From Chiloscyllium plagiosum (taxonomy: Eukaryota), in NCBI RefSeq assembly GCF_004010195.1, contig NC_057719.1, forward strand, positions 7,721,028 to 7,750,708: DNA of 29,681 nucleotides. Reading direction: 5' to 3'. The position numbers and the translations under genes were made by a program. Of the stretch, positions 1-11,423 are shown in pieces (the first letter of the stretch is position 1; each line of letters begins with the position of its first letter). The notes beneath the pieces are model-generated. The model saw only the letters and a program-made list of their open reading frames with translations. It had not been told where the DNA came from and ran no database searches.

Positions 1-359
1 AGGGAGGGACCTGATTGAGGTTTACAAAATCATGAAAGGTATAGACACGGTGAAGGATTCACTAATGAGAGGTCACGCTTTCAAGGTGAGAGGTGGAAAG
101 TTTAAGGGGGATACACGCGGTAAGTACTTCACACAGAGGGTGGTGGGCATTTGGAACGTGTTACCAGCAGAGGTGGTAGAAGCAAGCACGGTAGATTCAT
201 TTAAGATGCGTCTGGACAGATGCATGAGTAGGTGGGGAGCAGAGGGATGCAAATGCTTAGGAATTGACCGACAGGTTTAGACAGTACATTTGGATCAGGT
301 CAGGCTTGGAGGGCAGAAGGGCTTGTTCCTGGGCTGTAAATTTTCTTTGTTCTTTGTTC
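1..359 (+). mobile_element. CR1 LINE 3' end (in TSHR intron 2)
   Basis: ORF2 C-terminus RDLIEVYKIMKG...FTQRVVGIWNVLPAEVVEA, followed by a 3' UTR and a (TTCTTTG)n-like tail. Confidence 0.9.
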
Positions 360-404
360 ACCTCCGCATTATTTTCATCCCCACCTTTGTTTGGGGAGAG
401 ATTT

Positions 405-615
405 GAGGAAGAACAAGTTCAGCGTCCTGGCCCGAGGCTAATCCTCAGCCAGCATTACTAAAGCAGATAAACTGACTGTGTGTCTTATGTCTGTCTGTAG
501 GAATTTCTTGTATTAACACTGCTTGCTAACTTTCCATCCATTACAACAGTGAATGACAACACTGTTGGCCATTAATTGTGGGATGTGAAAAATGTGAAAG
601 GCACCACAGAAATTC
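405..615 (+). mobile_element. Degenerate Deu-domain SINE (SacSINE1/AmnSINE1-like) fragment
   Basis: gtcctggccc...cctcagccagcattactaaagcagat...cattacaacagtga...gtgaaaggcac resembles the recalled Deu domain and 3' tail, and resembles the copies at 19.3-20.6 kb. Confidence 0.6.
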
Positions 616-750
616 CTGAGCACTTTAGGAGATAACAGAAAATGGGAGGGTGAATTGTTGGCTTAGAGATCAGCAAATATATGTTTGCTCAGGTGTGGTC
701 TAGGGTAAAGGGAGTGATCAAAAGCCTAATAGTGTGTCACAAATACTTAC

Positions 751-822
751 ATCCTCGAAATGTTTGGGAGGTTTGTAAAAGCTTCAGCAGGAATGGTCTT
801 GAGTTGAGTCTCCATGAATCGG
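751..822 (-). CDS. TSHR: Thyrotropin receptor, exon 2 (leucine-rich repeat)
   Basis: 72-nt phase-2/phase-2 exon with acceptor atctttcttttcaacAG and donor GTAAGT. It encodes (I)RFMETQLKTIPAEAFTNLPNISR(I/M), close to mammalian TSHR [24 protein letters not shown] including the NIS sequon, and unlike FSHR or LHCGR exon 2. It is not in the ORF track. Confidence 0.95.
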
Positions 823-1144
823 CTGTTGAAAAGAAAGATTTTTTTTAATAATGAAGTTTTGCTGACAACGATGATAACACTGAGAAAACCATTGAAAACC
901 AACATTTCGCTCACAGAGACATGCTGGAGAAACTCAGCAGGTTTGGCAGAGAGAGAAACAGAGTTTGCTGCCCATTCTGCTCATTGTATTTTCTCCCTTC
1001 ATGAACTTGATCAGTGCTTGACATTGTCTGTTGGGAAACTGTTTGGGATTGAGGCATCTCTCTGGGTCCATCACAACCACCTTCATCATCCACAGATCAG
1101 CGGGGCCCCCTGGTGGTCTCCTGGGATGTTCTACACTGTGCTAA

Positions 1145-1815
1145 ACCAACAATAACAATCCGCATTCATGGAGCCTCTTTCATGCCTCTTAGAACATAGA
1201 ACAATACAGCACAGAACAGGCCCTTCGGCCCACGATGTTGTGCCGAACTTCTAACCTAGATTAAGTACCCATCCATGTACCTATCCAAATGCCGCTTAAA
1301 GGTCGCCAATGATTCCGACTCTACCACTCCCATGGGCAGCGCATTAGAACTCTTAACCTATCCTCGTACGACTTCCTCTCCATTCCAGGCAACATCCTGG
1401 TAAATCTTCTCTGCACCCTCTCCAAAGCTTCCACATCTTTCCTAAAGTGAGGCGACCAGAACTGCACACAGTACTCCAACTGTGGCCTAACCAAGGTCCT
1501 GTACAGCTGCAACATCACTTCATGACTCTTGAATTCAATCCCTCTGCTAATGAACGATAATACTCCATAGGCCTTCTTACAAACTCTATCCACCTGAGTG
1601 GCAACCTTCAAAGATCTATGTACATAGACCCCAAGATCCCTCTGTTCCTCCACTTCTTGCAGTGTGACATTCCAAGGTGCTTCACAGGAATGTAATCCAA
1701 AGTATTGTGCATAAAGAAATATTAGGACAGATGACCAAAACCTCAGTGCAGGAGGTAGGTTACATCTGCAAGAGGCAAAAGTGGTTTAGGGATGGAATTC
1801 CAACTTTCATGACAT
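1145..1815 (-). mobile_element. L2-like LINE 3' end, split by a CR1 insertion
   Basis: Segments 1145-1188 and 1655-1815 resemble the reverse complement of the L2-type 3' end at 1987-2395. Confidence 0.55.
1191..1653 (-). mobile_element. CR1 LINE 3' fragment with internal deletion
   Basis: EEQRDLGVYVHRSLKVATQV...LVRPQLEYCVQFWSP...VQRRFTRMLPG jumps directly to NALP.GVVESES near 1345. The tail is TGTTCTATGTTCT. Confidence 0.92.
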
Positions 1816-1986
1816 AGAGACTTGTGCTTCAGGGTGGTGTAGGTTGGGGACATCACTGTTAGCCCAGTCACCAGTTGCCCAAACCATATTTCTGACATTA
1901 CGTTGACACTTGGTCACCATGACATGGAAGATATCATTGTAAATGTTTGAGTAGCACCAATACAGCTTTAAAGAGTAATCCTAAAC

Positions 1987-2395
1987 CTCCATTTAAAATT
2001 TCAAATCCTTAGTTTCAAATCTCTCTATGTCCTTGCTTCTCCCTAACCTCCTCCAGCCCTACAACCCTGTGTCTTCAACCTTCAATTCTGGCCTCTTGCA
2101 CATCCCTGACAGACCTCAATCCACCATTGGTTTCCATGCCTTCAGTATCTAGGTTCTCTGCTCTGGAACTCCCTTCTTAAACCTCTCCATCATTCTCTTT
2201 CTTTTTAAAACCTGCCTCAGTTGTCGAACTTGAAATTTATTTTTCCCTCTTTATCCAAAATTTATCTCCTTGCCCAGACCGTTGATCACATCTCCTTATG
2301 TGGCTCAGTGTCAGATTTTGTTTGACCATATCACAACAAAGTGCCTCGGATATTTTACCACATCAATGGTGCTACATAAATACAAGCTATTGTTT
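1987..2395 (+). mobile_element. L2-like LINE 3' end
   Basis: Frameshifted remnants of FK.L..VFKSL..LA.P, AFS and WNSL motifs, then an L2-type 3' UTR ending gctacataaatacaagctattgtt. Confidence 0.65.
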
Positions 2396-2469
2396 TTAAA
2401 GAGGATGATTAGAAGCTTAGATTTCAAAGTAAAGAATGAAATGCTTAAAGAGGAGAGTTCGGTGGATTA

Positions 2470-2632
2470 TATAGAACATAAAACAGTGCAGCGCAATACA
2501 GGCCCTTCGGCCCTCGATGTTGTGCCGACCCATGAAACCAATCTAAAGCCCATCTATCCTACACTACTCCGTTCTCATCCATATGTTTATCCAATGACCA
2601 TTTAAATGTCCTTAATGTTTTAGTCCACTACT
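2470..2632 (-). mobile_element. CR1 LINE 3' tail
   Basis: agaacata...caggcccttcggccc.cgatgttgtgccga, the same tail type as 1191-1250. Confidence 0.8.
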
Positions 2633-3427
2633 AAAATATAGAGTTAACTCGTCATTCTTTACGTAGAGAATGTGATCCCTCTGATCACCCCAAGCACTGA
2701 CTGACCATATCCATGCCTCAGGCTGGTATCAGTGGCTGACCTTTACTGACTATGCCAGGGCCCTCTGACTGAGGGTTATCTCGATTGACTTGACTGAGGC
2801 CTGTTGACCATCATGCTGACCACCACTGCATTTTCTGAGGTTGAGTGAGTCGCTATGTAGATGCAAGTTCAAACCATACATTATTGTTTATAGTCGCACA
2901 CATGCCTTTCTGTTCTGTACAAATCCATGTTGAAGGAAATAGTTGGTGTTAGAACTCAGGGCTGGATGTTGTAGGCAGAGGTAGCTACTTGAAAAGGGTT
3001 GTGTATATATAGCATCTTAAACCGAAGTCATGCAGCAATGATCTCTGAGAATCTCTTTCACCAACTCCACCTTGCCTGGTGTCAGTAGAGAATAAGTGCT
3101 TGCCTGAATTTTCAAATTGTGCAAAAGAGCCTTTGACTAATAATTTATGGAACAGCGCTGCTCTGTTACAACTGAGTGCTGCATGTTGACAATAGTTTCC
3201 TTGTGCAAAGCACTGGCACTCTGTCCTTCCCCCTCTCCACACCCATCCATTTCCATGAAGACCTTCTGTCTTCAGATGTCTTTTAGCCTGAGGAAAGTAC
3301 AGCCTTCCCTCAGAGCAAAGACACCGAATGTTAACAGTGAACTCTTTGTCTCAACCTTGCAACTGCAGTCATTTACAATCTCTGAGATAGGTGAACTTGT
3401 TGTGGACAGGCTTCAATGTGTTATTTC

Positions 3428-5000
3428 AGAACATAAGAACCATGGGGTGGCATGGTGGATCAGTGGTTAGCACTGCTGCCTCACAGCGCCAAGTACCCAG
3501 ATTTGATTCCAGCCTCGGGCGACTGTCTGTGTGGAGTTTGCAGATTCTCCCCATGTCTGTGTGGGTTTCCTCTGGGTCCTCTGATTTCCTACCACAGCCC
3601 AAAGATGTGCAGGTCAGGTGAATTAGCCATCCTAAATTGCCCATAGCGTTAGGTGCATTAGTCAGAAGGAAATGGGTCCAGGTGGGTTACTCTTCAGAGG
3701 GTCGGTGTGGACTTGTTGGGCTGAAGGGCCTGTTTCCACACTGTTAGGAATCTAATCAAAACCAGGAGCAGGAGTAGGTTAATGGTGCCTCACGCCTGTT
3801 CTGCCACGAAATACAATCATGGCTGATCTCATCTCAGCCTTAACTCCACTTTCCTGCCTGTTCCCCATAATCCTTCAACTCATTAAAAACCTGACTTTCT
3901 CCTTAAATTTCCTCAATGTCCCGGAATCTACCACACTCTGGGACAGTGAATTGCACAGATTCATGACGACTTGAGAGAAGTAATTCCTCCTCATCCCTGT
4001 TTTAAATCTGCTAGTCCTTATCCTAAATCTATGACCCTGTCTTCTAGATTGCCACACAAGGAGAAACATCCTCTCTACTTTGTGAATCCCCTTTAGCATC
4101 TTATATACCTCAATTAAATCTTCTCAATTAGATCTCCTTCCCATTCTAATGAGTCCAGCTTTGAACTGCTCAATCTCTTCTCATAAGACAAACATTTTGT
4201 CTCTGGAACCTTCTCTAACTGCTTCCAATGAAGTTGCATCCTTTCTCAAGTAAAGGGACCAAAACTGCATGCAGTACCCGAGGTATGGTCTCGCCAATGC
4301 CTTGCTTCAACAACACTTCCCTACTTTTATACTCTATTCCTTTAGCAATAAATGCAAATGTTCTATTTGCTTTCCTTATTACGTGTTGTACCTGCAGACT
4401 CACTTTCTCCAATTCCTGCCCTAGTTTACCCAGATCCCTCTGCACTAATGTTTTGCTCCATCTTGATAATACACTGCTTTTTATTCTTCCTATCAAAATG
4501 GTTAATCTCAAACTTATCCATGTTCAAGTCCATCTGTCAAATTTTGTTCATTCACCTAAATTTCCTTATCCATTTGTAATTCTTTTATTGCTTCATTGTG
4601 GCTTACTTTTCCACCATTTTAGTGTCACTGGCTATAATACTTTCTATTCCCAAATCCAAGTCTCAACATCGGTTATAAATAGTCGGGGCCAGAGGATTCA
4701 ACCCTGTGTCACCCCACTCTGTTTTCTGTTGGTTAGCCAATCCTCTATCCAAGTTAATAAATCACCCCAACTCCATATGATCTTGTCTTATATATTACCT
4801 TTTTGTGGGGCACCTTGTTAAATGCCTTCTGCAAGTCCAGATATTCTACATTTACAGGACCCTCTTGAACCATTTTGAATACTAAATCTTCAAAGAACTC
4901 GGGCAAATTAGTCAAACCCAAATGATTTACCCTTCATTAAACCATGCTGACTCTGATGTTTGATAATGGACACCAACAATTTCCCAATGACAGTGTTGAC
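3428..5000 (-). mobile_element. Degenerate CR1 LINE (RT to 3' end), tail interrupted by a HE1 SINE
   Basis: QHGF near 4945, QRDLG, FAFIAKGIEYKSREVLL, RRNYFSQ..MNLCNSL. The tail agaacataagaacca...ggagcaggagtagg is split by the SINE. Confidence 0.85.
3444..3757 (+). mobile_element. HE1 (V-SINE) tRNA-derived SINE
   Basis: tRNA-like head with A/B boxes, V-domain ggagtttgca...ctccccatgtctg.gtgggtttcctc, and a CR1-shared 3' tail. AACCA flanks both sides (candidate TSD). Confidence 0.92.
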
Positions 5001-6234
5001 TCGAAGGGCCGAATGGCCTGCTTTCACACTGTAGGGTTTTCATGAAACTGTCAATGGGCTCCCCTTTATCCACAACACACATTACTTCTTCAAAGAACTT
5101 GGATACATTGGCTTAACATGATGTCTTTAACCATGCTGACGTTTCCCAATGACCTTGAATATTTCTAAGAGCCCAGCAAAAGCTGTTTAATGATTGATTC
5201 TAAAATCTTCTCAGTCACAAACGTAAAGCGAACTGGCCTATAGTTTTGGTTTTCCGTCCCACTTCCCCTGCCTTCCCTTCATGAATACAAAGGTTACATT
5301 TGTTACTTCCCAGTCTGATAGAACTTTTCCTGATTCACCAGCAATTTGGAAAATTAATACCAACGCACCTAACGTCACACTACCTTTCATGACGCTAGGA
5401 TGAAGGCCATTTGCCAACCTGCAGCTCCATCAATTTGTGCAGTATCACTTCCATGGTGATTGTAAGTCCACCACATCCCTCTCTCTCTTTCACCTCTTGA
5501 TTTACAGCTATTCCTGGAATGATTTTTGCATCCTCCATAGTGAAGACAGAAGCAAATATTTGTTCATTACATCTGCCATTTCTTCTTTATTACTTTTAAC
5601 TCCCCATCCTCACTCTTCAAAGGACAACACTAAGTTACTTCCTCTTCTCTTTCCTAAATATGTGCAGAAACACTTGCTTTCTGTTACATTTCTAGCTTGC
5701 TTCCTCTCATTACCAGATTTCTTCCTCCAGATTAACCTGTTAGTCATTCTCTGCCATTCTTTGTATTCTGGCCTGAACCTCATCTTTGTGTATTTATATG
5801 TTTTTTCTGCCATAAGTTTAATGCTTTCCCCAACTTCTTTGTTATCTCTGGTTGGTAGGTCCTCCCTTCAGAATTTATTTCCTTAGTGGGAATATACATA
5901 CACTGAATATTTAGAAATATTCTTAAATTTTTATCTGCTCTCATGTCTCTGTTGATCCGCCTCCAAGCCTAGTATCCCAGATACTTCAGCTAGCTTAAAT
6001 TTCATGTCCCCATAATTACACTTATTTATGATTAAAATATGAGCCTTAGTCATAATCTTCTCACTTTCAAACTGAATACAAAACTCAATCATATTGTGGT
6101 TGACATCTGGGGCTGCCTTTACTCTAAGGTAATTAACTCATCCTGTCACATGAAACAATACCAAGTCTAATGTAACTTGGTTTCTGTTTTGTTCCAAATA
6201 TGCTGCTCAAAGGAATTTTATGGAATACTAAACC

Positions 6235-7413
6235 CACTTCACATTCAACAACAGAGCCTACAAACAAGTCAACAGAACACCTATGGGATCACCAATATCA
6301 GAGCTCATTGGGGAAGCAGTAATGCAGAGACTTGAACAAGCTGCCCTCCCATCTATCCGACCCAAACTTTGGGTCCGCTACGTGGATGACAGCTTTGTTA
6401 TCACAAAACAGAATAAATTAGATGAAAAACACAACACCATCAATAATATCCTGGCAGGCATCAAATTCACAAAAGAGAAGGCGAACGACAACAGACTCTC
6501 ATTCCTAGACGTGACAGTTGAATGTACAGTTAATGGAGAGCCTCAAACTAGCGTCTACAGAAAAGCAACAAACACAGACCAAATGCTTAACTTCAGAAGC
6601 AATCATCCCAACACCCCCAAACGGAGCTGAAACAAGACATTATTTCAATGAGCTACATCACACTGCAGCACCCAAGAACGACAAAAAGCAAAAGAAAAAT
6701 ATCTATACAACGTTTTCAAGGAAAACGGGTACCCAATAAACACAATCCGCCAATTCCTCAGAAACAAACCCAAACAAGCAGACACAGCACAACCAAAAAC
6801 TATAGCCATATTACCGTACATCAGACATATCAGAAATGACTTCCAGACTACTCAGACCCCTTGGCATCATGGTAGCCCACAAACCTACCAACACACTTAA
6901 ACAACGAGTAATGAACCTAAAGGATCCATTAGATACTACCAGCAAATCTAACGTCATTTACAAGATACCATGCAAGAAATGTAAAAAACATTACATCAGA
7001 CAAACTAGCAGGAAACTTGCCACCAGGATGTACAAACACTAGCTAGCCACCATGAGACATGAACCTCTCTCACTAGTTTCTATACATACAGATAAAGAAG
7101 GACAACTCACACATCCTAGGACAGACAAAACAGAGACATGCACGAGAATTCTTAGAGGCACGGCATTCTAACCAGAACTCCATCAATAAACACCGATTTA
7201 GATCCTATCTACCTTCCCTTGGAAAAAAAGAACTGTAAATGACATCACCCACCTGAAGAAAGCAAGACCTATAAATAGAGAGGCAGGACATACCATCAGC
7301 GCTTCACTGGAGACTCTCACTGATGATGTTACCTAGTATGGTGACGAAGCGTCTGAAAACAAGCCTTCCAGCTTATCATCAATCTGAGCTACAAATCTTC
7401 TCAAAAATCGCTA
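6235..7413 (+). mobile_element. 5'-truncated Penelope-like element (RT + GIY-YIG endonuclease + terminal repeat), disrupted
   Basis: PMGSPIS, WVRYVDD, SFLDV, YRKAT, S.HP, NGYP, LPY and NVIYKIPC..C..HYI.QTSR.L..R motifs, with stops and a frameshift. An 8-bp direct repeat ACTAAACC flanks it at 6227-6234 and 7414-7421. Confidence 0.93.
7317..7356 (+). ncRNA. Minimal type I hammerhead ribozyme motif (core mutated) in the Penelope terminal repeat
   Basis: TCA-CTGATGA-T-GTTACC(tagtat)GGTGAC-GAAg-C-GTC-TGA. GAAA is changed to GAAG. Confidence 0.75.
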
Positions 7414-7520
7414 ACTAAACCAAACTACTATTACCCAGTCCGACATTTCCAGTTTTATGTGTAGATTAAAGTCACCAATGACTTCTGCTGCCCTTTTATC
7501 ACAGACACCCAATAATTTAC

Positions 7521-7850
7521 GGCTTGAGGCACTTTCTCCCATCTCCTTACCCCAACCCCCACACACCAGGCCTTGTTATCACATAGTCTGCTATTACACA
7601 CAATCCATTGTTAGCCACTAATTGTCTACATTAGTAGCTATTCATTCCCCAAGCTGATCAGTAACCACTCCTTTGTCTGTCCAACTTCAAAATCAACTAT
7701 TTCCTAGCTACCATCAGTCCTGAGGAAGGTCACTTGACCCGAAACATTAACTCTGATTTCCCTCCACAGATACTGCCAGACCTGGTGAACTTTTCTAGCA
7801 ATTTCTGTTTTTGTTTCTGATTTCCAACATCTGCAGTTCTTTCGGATTTA
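7521..7850 (+). mobile_element. Penelope-type terminal-repeat fragment carrying a hammerhead motif (7716-7752)
   Basis: agtc-CTGAGGA-AGGTC(actt)GACCC-GAAA-caTT-AACT followed by the family tail cagat.ctgccagacctg.tga.cttttc.agca...catctgcag. Confidence 0.7.
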
Positions 7851-8246
7851 TTTACACAATATTTCATCTTGTATATTTTGTCCCATGTTGTGATTACTGT
7901 TAGCGGTCCTGTATATCACTGTCACTAATGACTTCTTTCTCCTGCTGTCTCTCATCTCCACCTAAACTGATTCCACATTCTAATCTCCTGAACCAAACTC
8001 ATCTCTAACTATTGTAAAATAGTGCTACCGTTATAAACAGTGCTAGCCCCTCCACATTTACCTGTTCTTCTTGAATGTAATATATTCCTCAATATTCAGG
8101 ACCTAAACCTTGTCACCCTGCAGCCATATCTCTGTAATAGCTATCAGATCATATTTATTTACCTAAATGTGCCCTATCAATTCATTCACTTTATTATGAA
8201 TGTTATGCGTATTCAGAGTGAGACTACTTTTGCCTTTCTGTTATAG

Positions 8247-8566
8247 TTTTTTTTTAGATTACATAAAGTGTGGAAACAGCCCCTTCAGCCCAACAAGTCC
8301 ACACCGACCCGTCAAAGCGCAACCCACCCAAACCCATTCCCCTACATTTACCCCTTCAACTCACACTACGGGCAATTTCCCATGGCCGATTTACCTAACC
8401 TGCACATTTTTGGACTGTGGGAGGAAACTAGAGCACCTGGAGGAAACACATGCAGACACAGGGCGAATGTGCAAACTCCACACAGTCAGTCGCCTGAGGC
8501 AGGAATTGAACCCAGGTCTCTGGTGCTGTGAGGCAGCAGTGCTAACCACTGTGCCACCGTGTTGCC
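8247..8566 (-). mobile_element. HE1 (V-SINE), full length
   Basis: Reverse complement of the copy at 15347-15659, with head, V-domain and tail all present. Confidence 0.93.
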
Positions 8567-8879
8567 ATTACCTTGTCTAGATTTTTGGTGAATGCTTAGG
8601 TTTTCTTTTCTCTATCCACTACTACTTTCTCTTAACCCTCATTCCTAACATTACGATTTTCCTCTTCTGTTGCCTCTAGTCTGACGTGCCATCTATTTGA
8701 CACAGTGTCCACACTTCATGACTATAAATTGCAAAGTCCTTTATAACAGCAAGTTATCCACTGTTTACTGTTTTTGCTCTCTTACCTGGTCTTAAAATGT
8801 TAAATTGCAAAGCAAGATACACAAACTGAGCTTATATAAAGAGGACGGATTTCATGGGAAGTTCTAGAGAGTACTGGAA

Positions 8880-10125
8880 AAGTATTTTGCCTTTATCAGT
8901 CAAGGCACACATTATAAGAGCAGGGAGATTATGTTGGAGCTGTTCAGAACTTAGGTTAGGTCACGGCTGGAGAATGGTGTGCAGTTCTGGTCCCTGCACT
9001 GTAGGAAGGATGTGATCGCACTGTAGGGGGTGCAGAGGAAATTCACCAGGATGCTGCCTGACTTGGAGCATTTCAGTGATGAAGAAAGGCTGTTTTCTTT
9101 AGAATAGGTTGAGGGTGGAATCTGTTACAGGTGTATAAGAAATGAGGTGCATGGACAGAGTGACTAAAAAGCAACTGTTCCCCTTCGTCAATAACAAGGT
9201 GGCATAATTTTAAGATGAAAGGCAGGAAGTTTAGAGGGGCTTTGAGGAAAGATTCTTCACCCAGTGGATATTGGAATCTGGAATGCACTGCCTGGGAGGG
9301 TAGTTGAGGCTGAATCCTCACAATCTGTAAAAAGTACTTGGATGAGTACTTGAAGTGTCATAACATTCAAGGCTACCAGCTGCCTGCAGGAAACTGGGAC
9401 TAATGTAGCTGTCATGTCGCTTTAGTGGTACAGATGTTTTACTTTTTCTTAATGTTTCCATTTATTATCTGATCTTTTTTAACTTCAGGCCAGATGGCCT
9501 GCTCCTGTTCCTATTTCTAATGTTCTTTGATGGAAGGTGTCTTCTCCCGGACTGGGCCCAGCGAAGAGGAGGCTTCCAGCTTGGTGTGGTGGTCTCGGCC
9601 TTGCTTGGTGGTCTCGGTCTAGCGTGGTGGTCTCGGTCTGGCGATCTCCAGTTGTGATGACCTCAAACTGGAGGGACGGTCTCTGCCTGGAGGGCCGATC
9701 TCCACCTGGTTTGGTGATCTTGGCCTGGCTCAGTGGTCTCAGCCTGGCTCAGTGGCCTTGGTCTGGCGGTCTCCTGTTGGCCTCATCTCGGAGGGGCAGT
9801 CTCTGCCTGGCGTGGTGGTCTTCCAATTTGGCAGCCTTGTCCTGGCGTGAAGGTCTCATCGATATGGATCATTCAGGAGCAGCATCTGGGTATTCCAGCA
9901 TTTGTTGTCTTTATCGACTTTCCCCGAACTAAGATGAACCCTATTCTACATTTTTACTCTTTTCTTGTTATATATAACATCTGTCATTAATACAGGTATG
10001 GTAACTTTAAAAGCTTTTCACTGTATTTTGTTTGTGAAGTACATGTGACAATAAATCGCTATTCTATTTTATTCAGACTTGACGGGCTGAATGGCCTTTT
10101 CTATCATGTATGATTCTACTTTCTA
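8880..10125 (+). mobile_element. CR1 3' fragment whose 3' UTR is split by an insertion at about 9435-10073
   Basis: FAFISQG..YKSREIMLEL, VQFWS and VQRKFTRMLP motifs. The UTR breaks at ggtacaga (9434) and resumes at caga-cttgacgggctgaatggcc (10074). Confidence 0.75.
9580..9857. repeat. Degenerate ~19-bp GC-rich minisatellite (TGGTGGTCTCGGCCTGGCG-like)
   Basis: Three adjacent near-exact units at 9586-9642 and roughly ten more diverged units. Confidence 0.75.
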
Positions 10126-10241
10126 TTTCCAGGCAAAAAGGAATCTGCAGTTCAGGTCAAGGGAGAATTTTCCATGTGTTTTCAAATTTGTTTTCTCTTC
10201 CAGTTGTTGTCATCTGAAAATGATAGGATGTTATGCACCGA

Positions 10242-10488
10242 CCTCAGGTGACTGACTGTGTGTAGTTTGCACGTTCTCCCCGTGTCTGCGTGGGTTTCCT
10301 CCTGGTGCTCCGGTTTCCTCCCACAGTCCAAAGATGTGCAGGTCAGGTGAATTGGCCATGCTAAATTGCCCGTAGTATTAGGTAAGGGGTAAATGTAGGG
10401 GTATGGGTGGGTTTCGCTTTGGCGGGTCGGTGTGGACTTGTTGGGCCGAAGGGCCTGTTTCCACGCTGTAATGTAATGTAATCTAATC
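10242..10488 (+). mobile_element. HE1 (V-SINE), 5'-truncated
   Basis: V-domain and tail taatgtaatgtaatctaatct present, tRNA head missing. Confidence 0.92.
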
Positions 10489-10729
10489 TCAGACCTAGTC
10501 TTCTCCAGTTATTGCACTGTGCTCCCCCTCCTGGACATTTTTCCCATTAGGTGATACTTTATAAAACAGTGCAATATTATCGCTTTTGATGAGCAACAAT
10601 TTTCACGCGCATTCTCCTTGAACAGAGTGATCCTGCTTGATTTTTATTTCACATTGTGTCAGTTTCCCCTCAAATGATGCCTAAAGATCCACTTGCCTCA
10701 TGGTTTGTACTGCTTTTTCAAATGTGTCA

Positions 10730-11260
10730 CCTTGGTCTCCCTCCTGTCGGAAAGATGTTGTGAAACTTGAAAGAGTTAGGAAAGATTTACAAGGATGTTG
10801 CCAGGGTTGCAGGATTTGAGCTACAGGGAGAGGTGAACAGACGGGGGCTGTTTTCCCTGGAATATCGAAGGCTGAGGGGTGACCTTATAGAGGTTTATAA
10901 AATCATTAGGGGCATGGATAAGGTAAAAAGACAAGGTCTTTTCCCTGAGGTCGAGAAGCCCAGAACTAGAGGGCATAGGATTAAGATGAGAGGGGAAAGA
11001 TATAAAAGGGACCTATGGGGCAGCTTCTTCACACAGAGGGTGGCGTGTATATGGAATGAGCTGCCAGAGGAAGTGGTGGAGGCTGGTACAAATACAACAT
11101 TTAAAAGACATATGGATGGATATATGAATAGGAAGGGTTTAGATGGGTATGGGCTAAGTGCTGGCAAATGGGACTAGATTAGTTAAGGACATTTGGTTGG
11201 CGTGTTTGAGTTGGACTGAAGGACCTGTTTCTGTGCTGTATGTCTCTATAATTCCATGAC
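10730..11260 (+). mobile_element. CR1 (HER1-like) LINE 3' fragment
   Basis: GLFSLEYRRLRGDLIEVYKIIRGMDKV...FFTQRVACIWNELPEEVVEAGT. Confidence 0.92.
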
Positions 11261-11423
11261 TTTCTCTGTCTTGTGCAAGGACTGACAAAACCATGAATTG
11301 ATCCATGAACCAAATCTGCCTTCATCTCTTCACAGGTGCAATTCTTTGTCAGCCTATAAGGGTCATTTATGAACAAATGCATGCTTTCCCAGGCTTCACC
11401 TATTCAAACAATTTCATTTTGAC

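Larger units (their letters stand above)
5045..8240 (-). mobile_element. Degenerate CR1 ORF2 (APE endonuclease to RT N-terminus) with nested insertions
   Basis: Motifs are collinear on the minus strand: YDLIAITEIWL (~8140), VIYR (~7910), GDFN (~7470), TLDLVL (~6165) and a second QH-type RT segment (~5135). It is interrupted at 6235-7413 and 7521-7850. Confidence 0.8.

Noticed and set aside
814..1155. 113-aa plus-strand ORF next to exon 2
   Set aside because: It is antisense to the splice acceptor, includes a repeat fragment (910-965) and resembles no protein I know.
1..1345. Inverted CR1 tails flanking exon 2 as drivers of skipping or back-splicing
   Set aside because: The two tails come from different subfamilies and look too diverged for stable pairing.
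2985..3242. LRR-like exon (LVKGSFAQFEN)
   Set aside because: Exons 1 and 2 already join in frame as in other vertebrates, and there are no suitable phase-2 splice sites here.
9580..9857. CRISPR-like array or coding repeat (ORF 9537-9932)
   Set aside because: The units are adjacent and degenerate with no unique spacers, the context is vertebrate, and the ORF reflects low stop-codon density.
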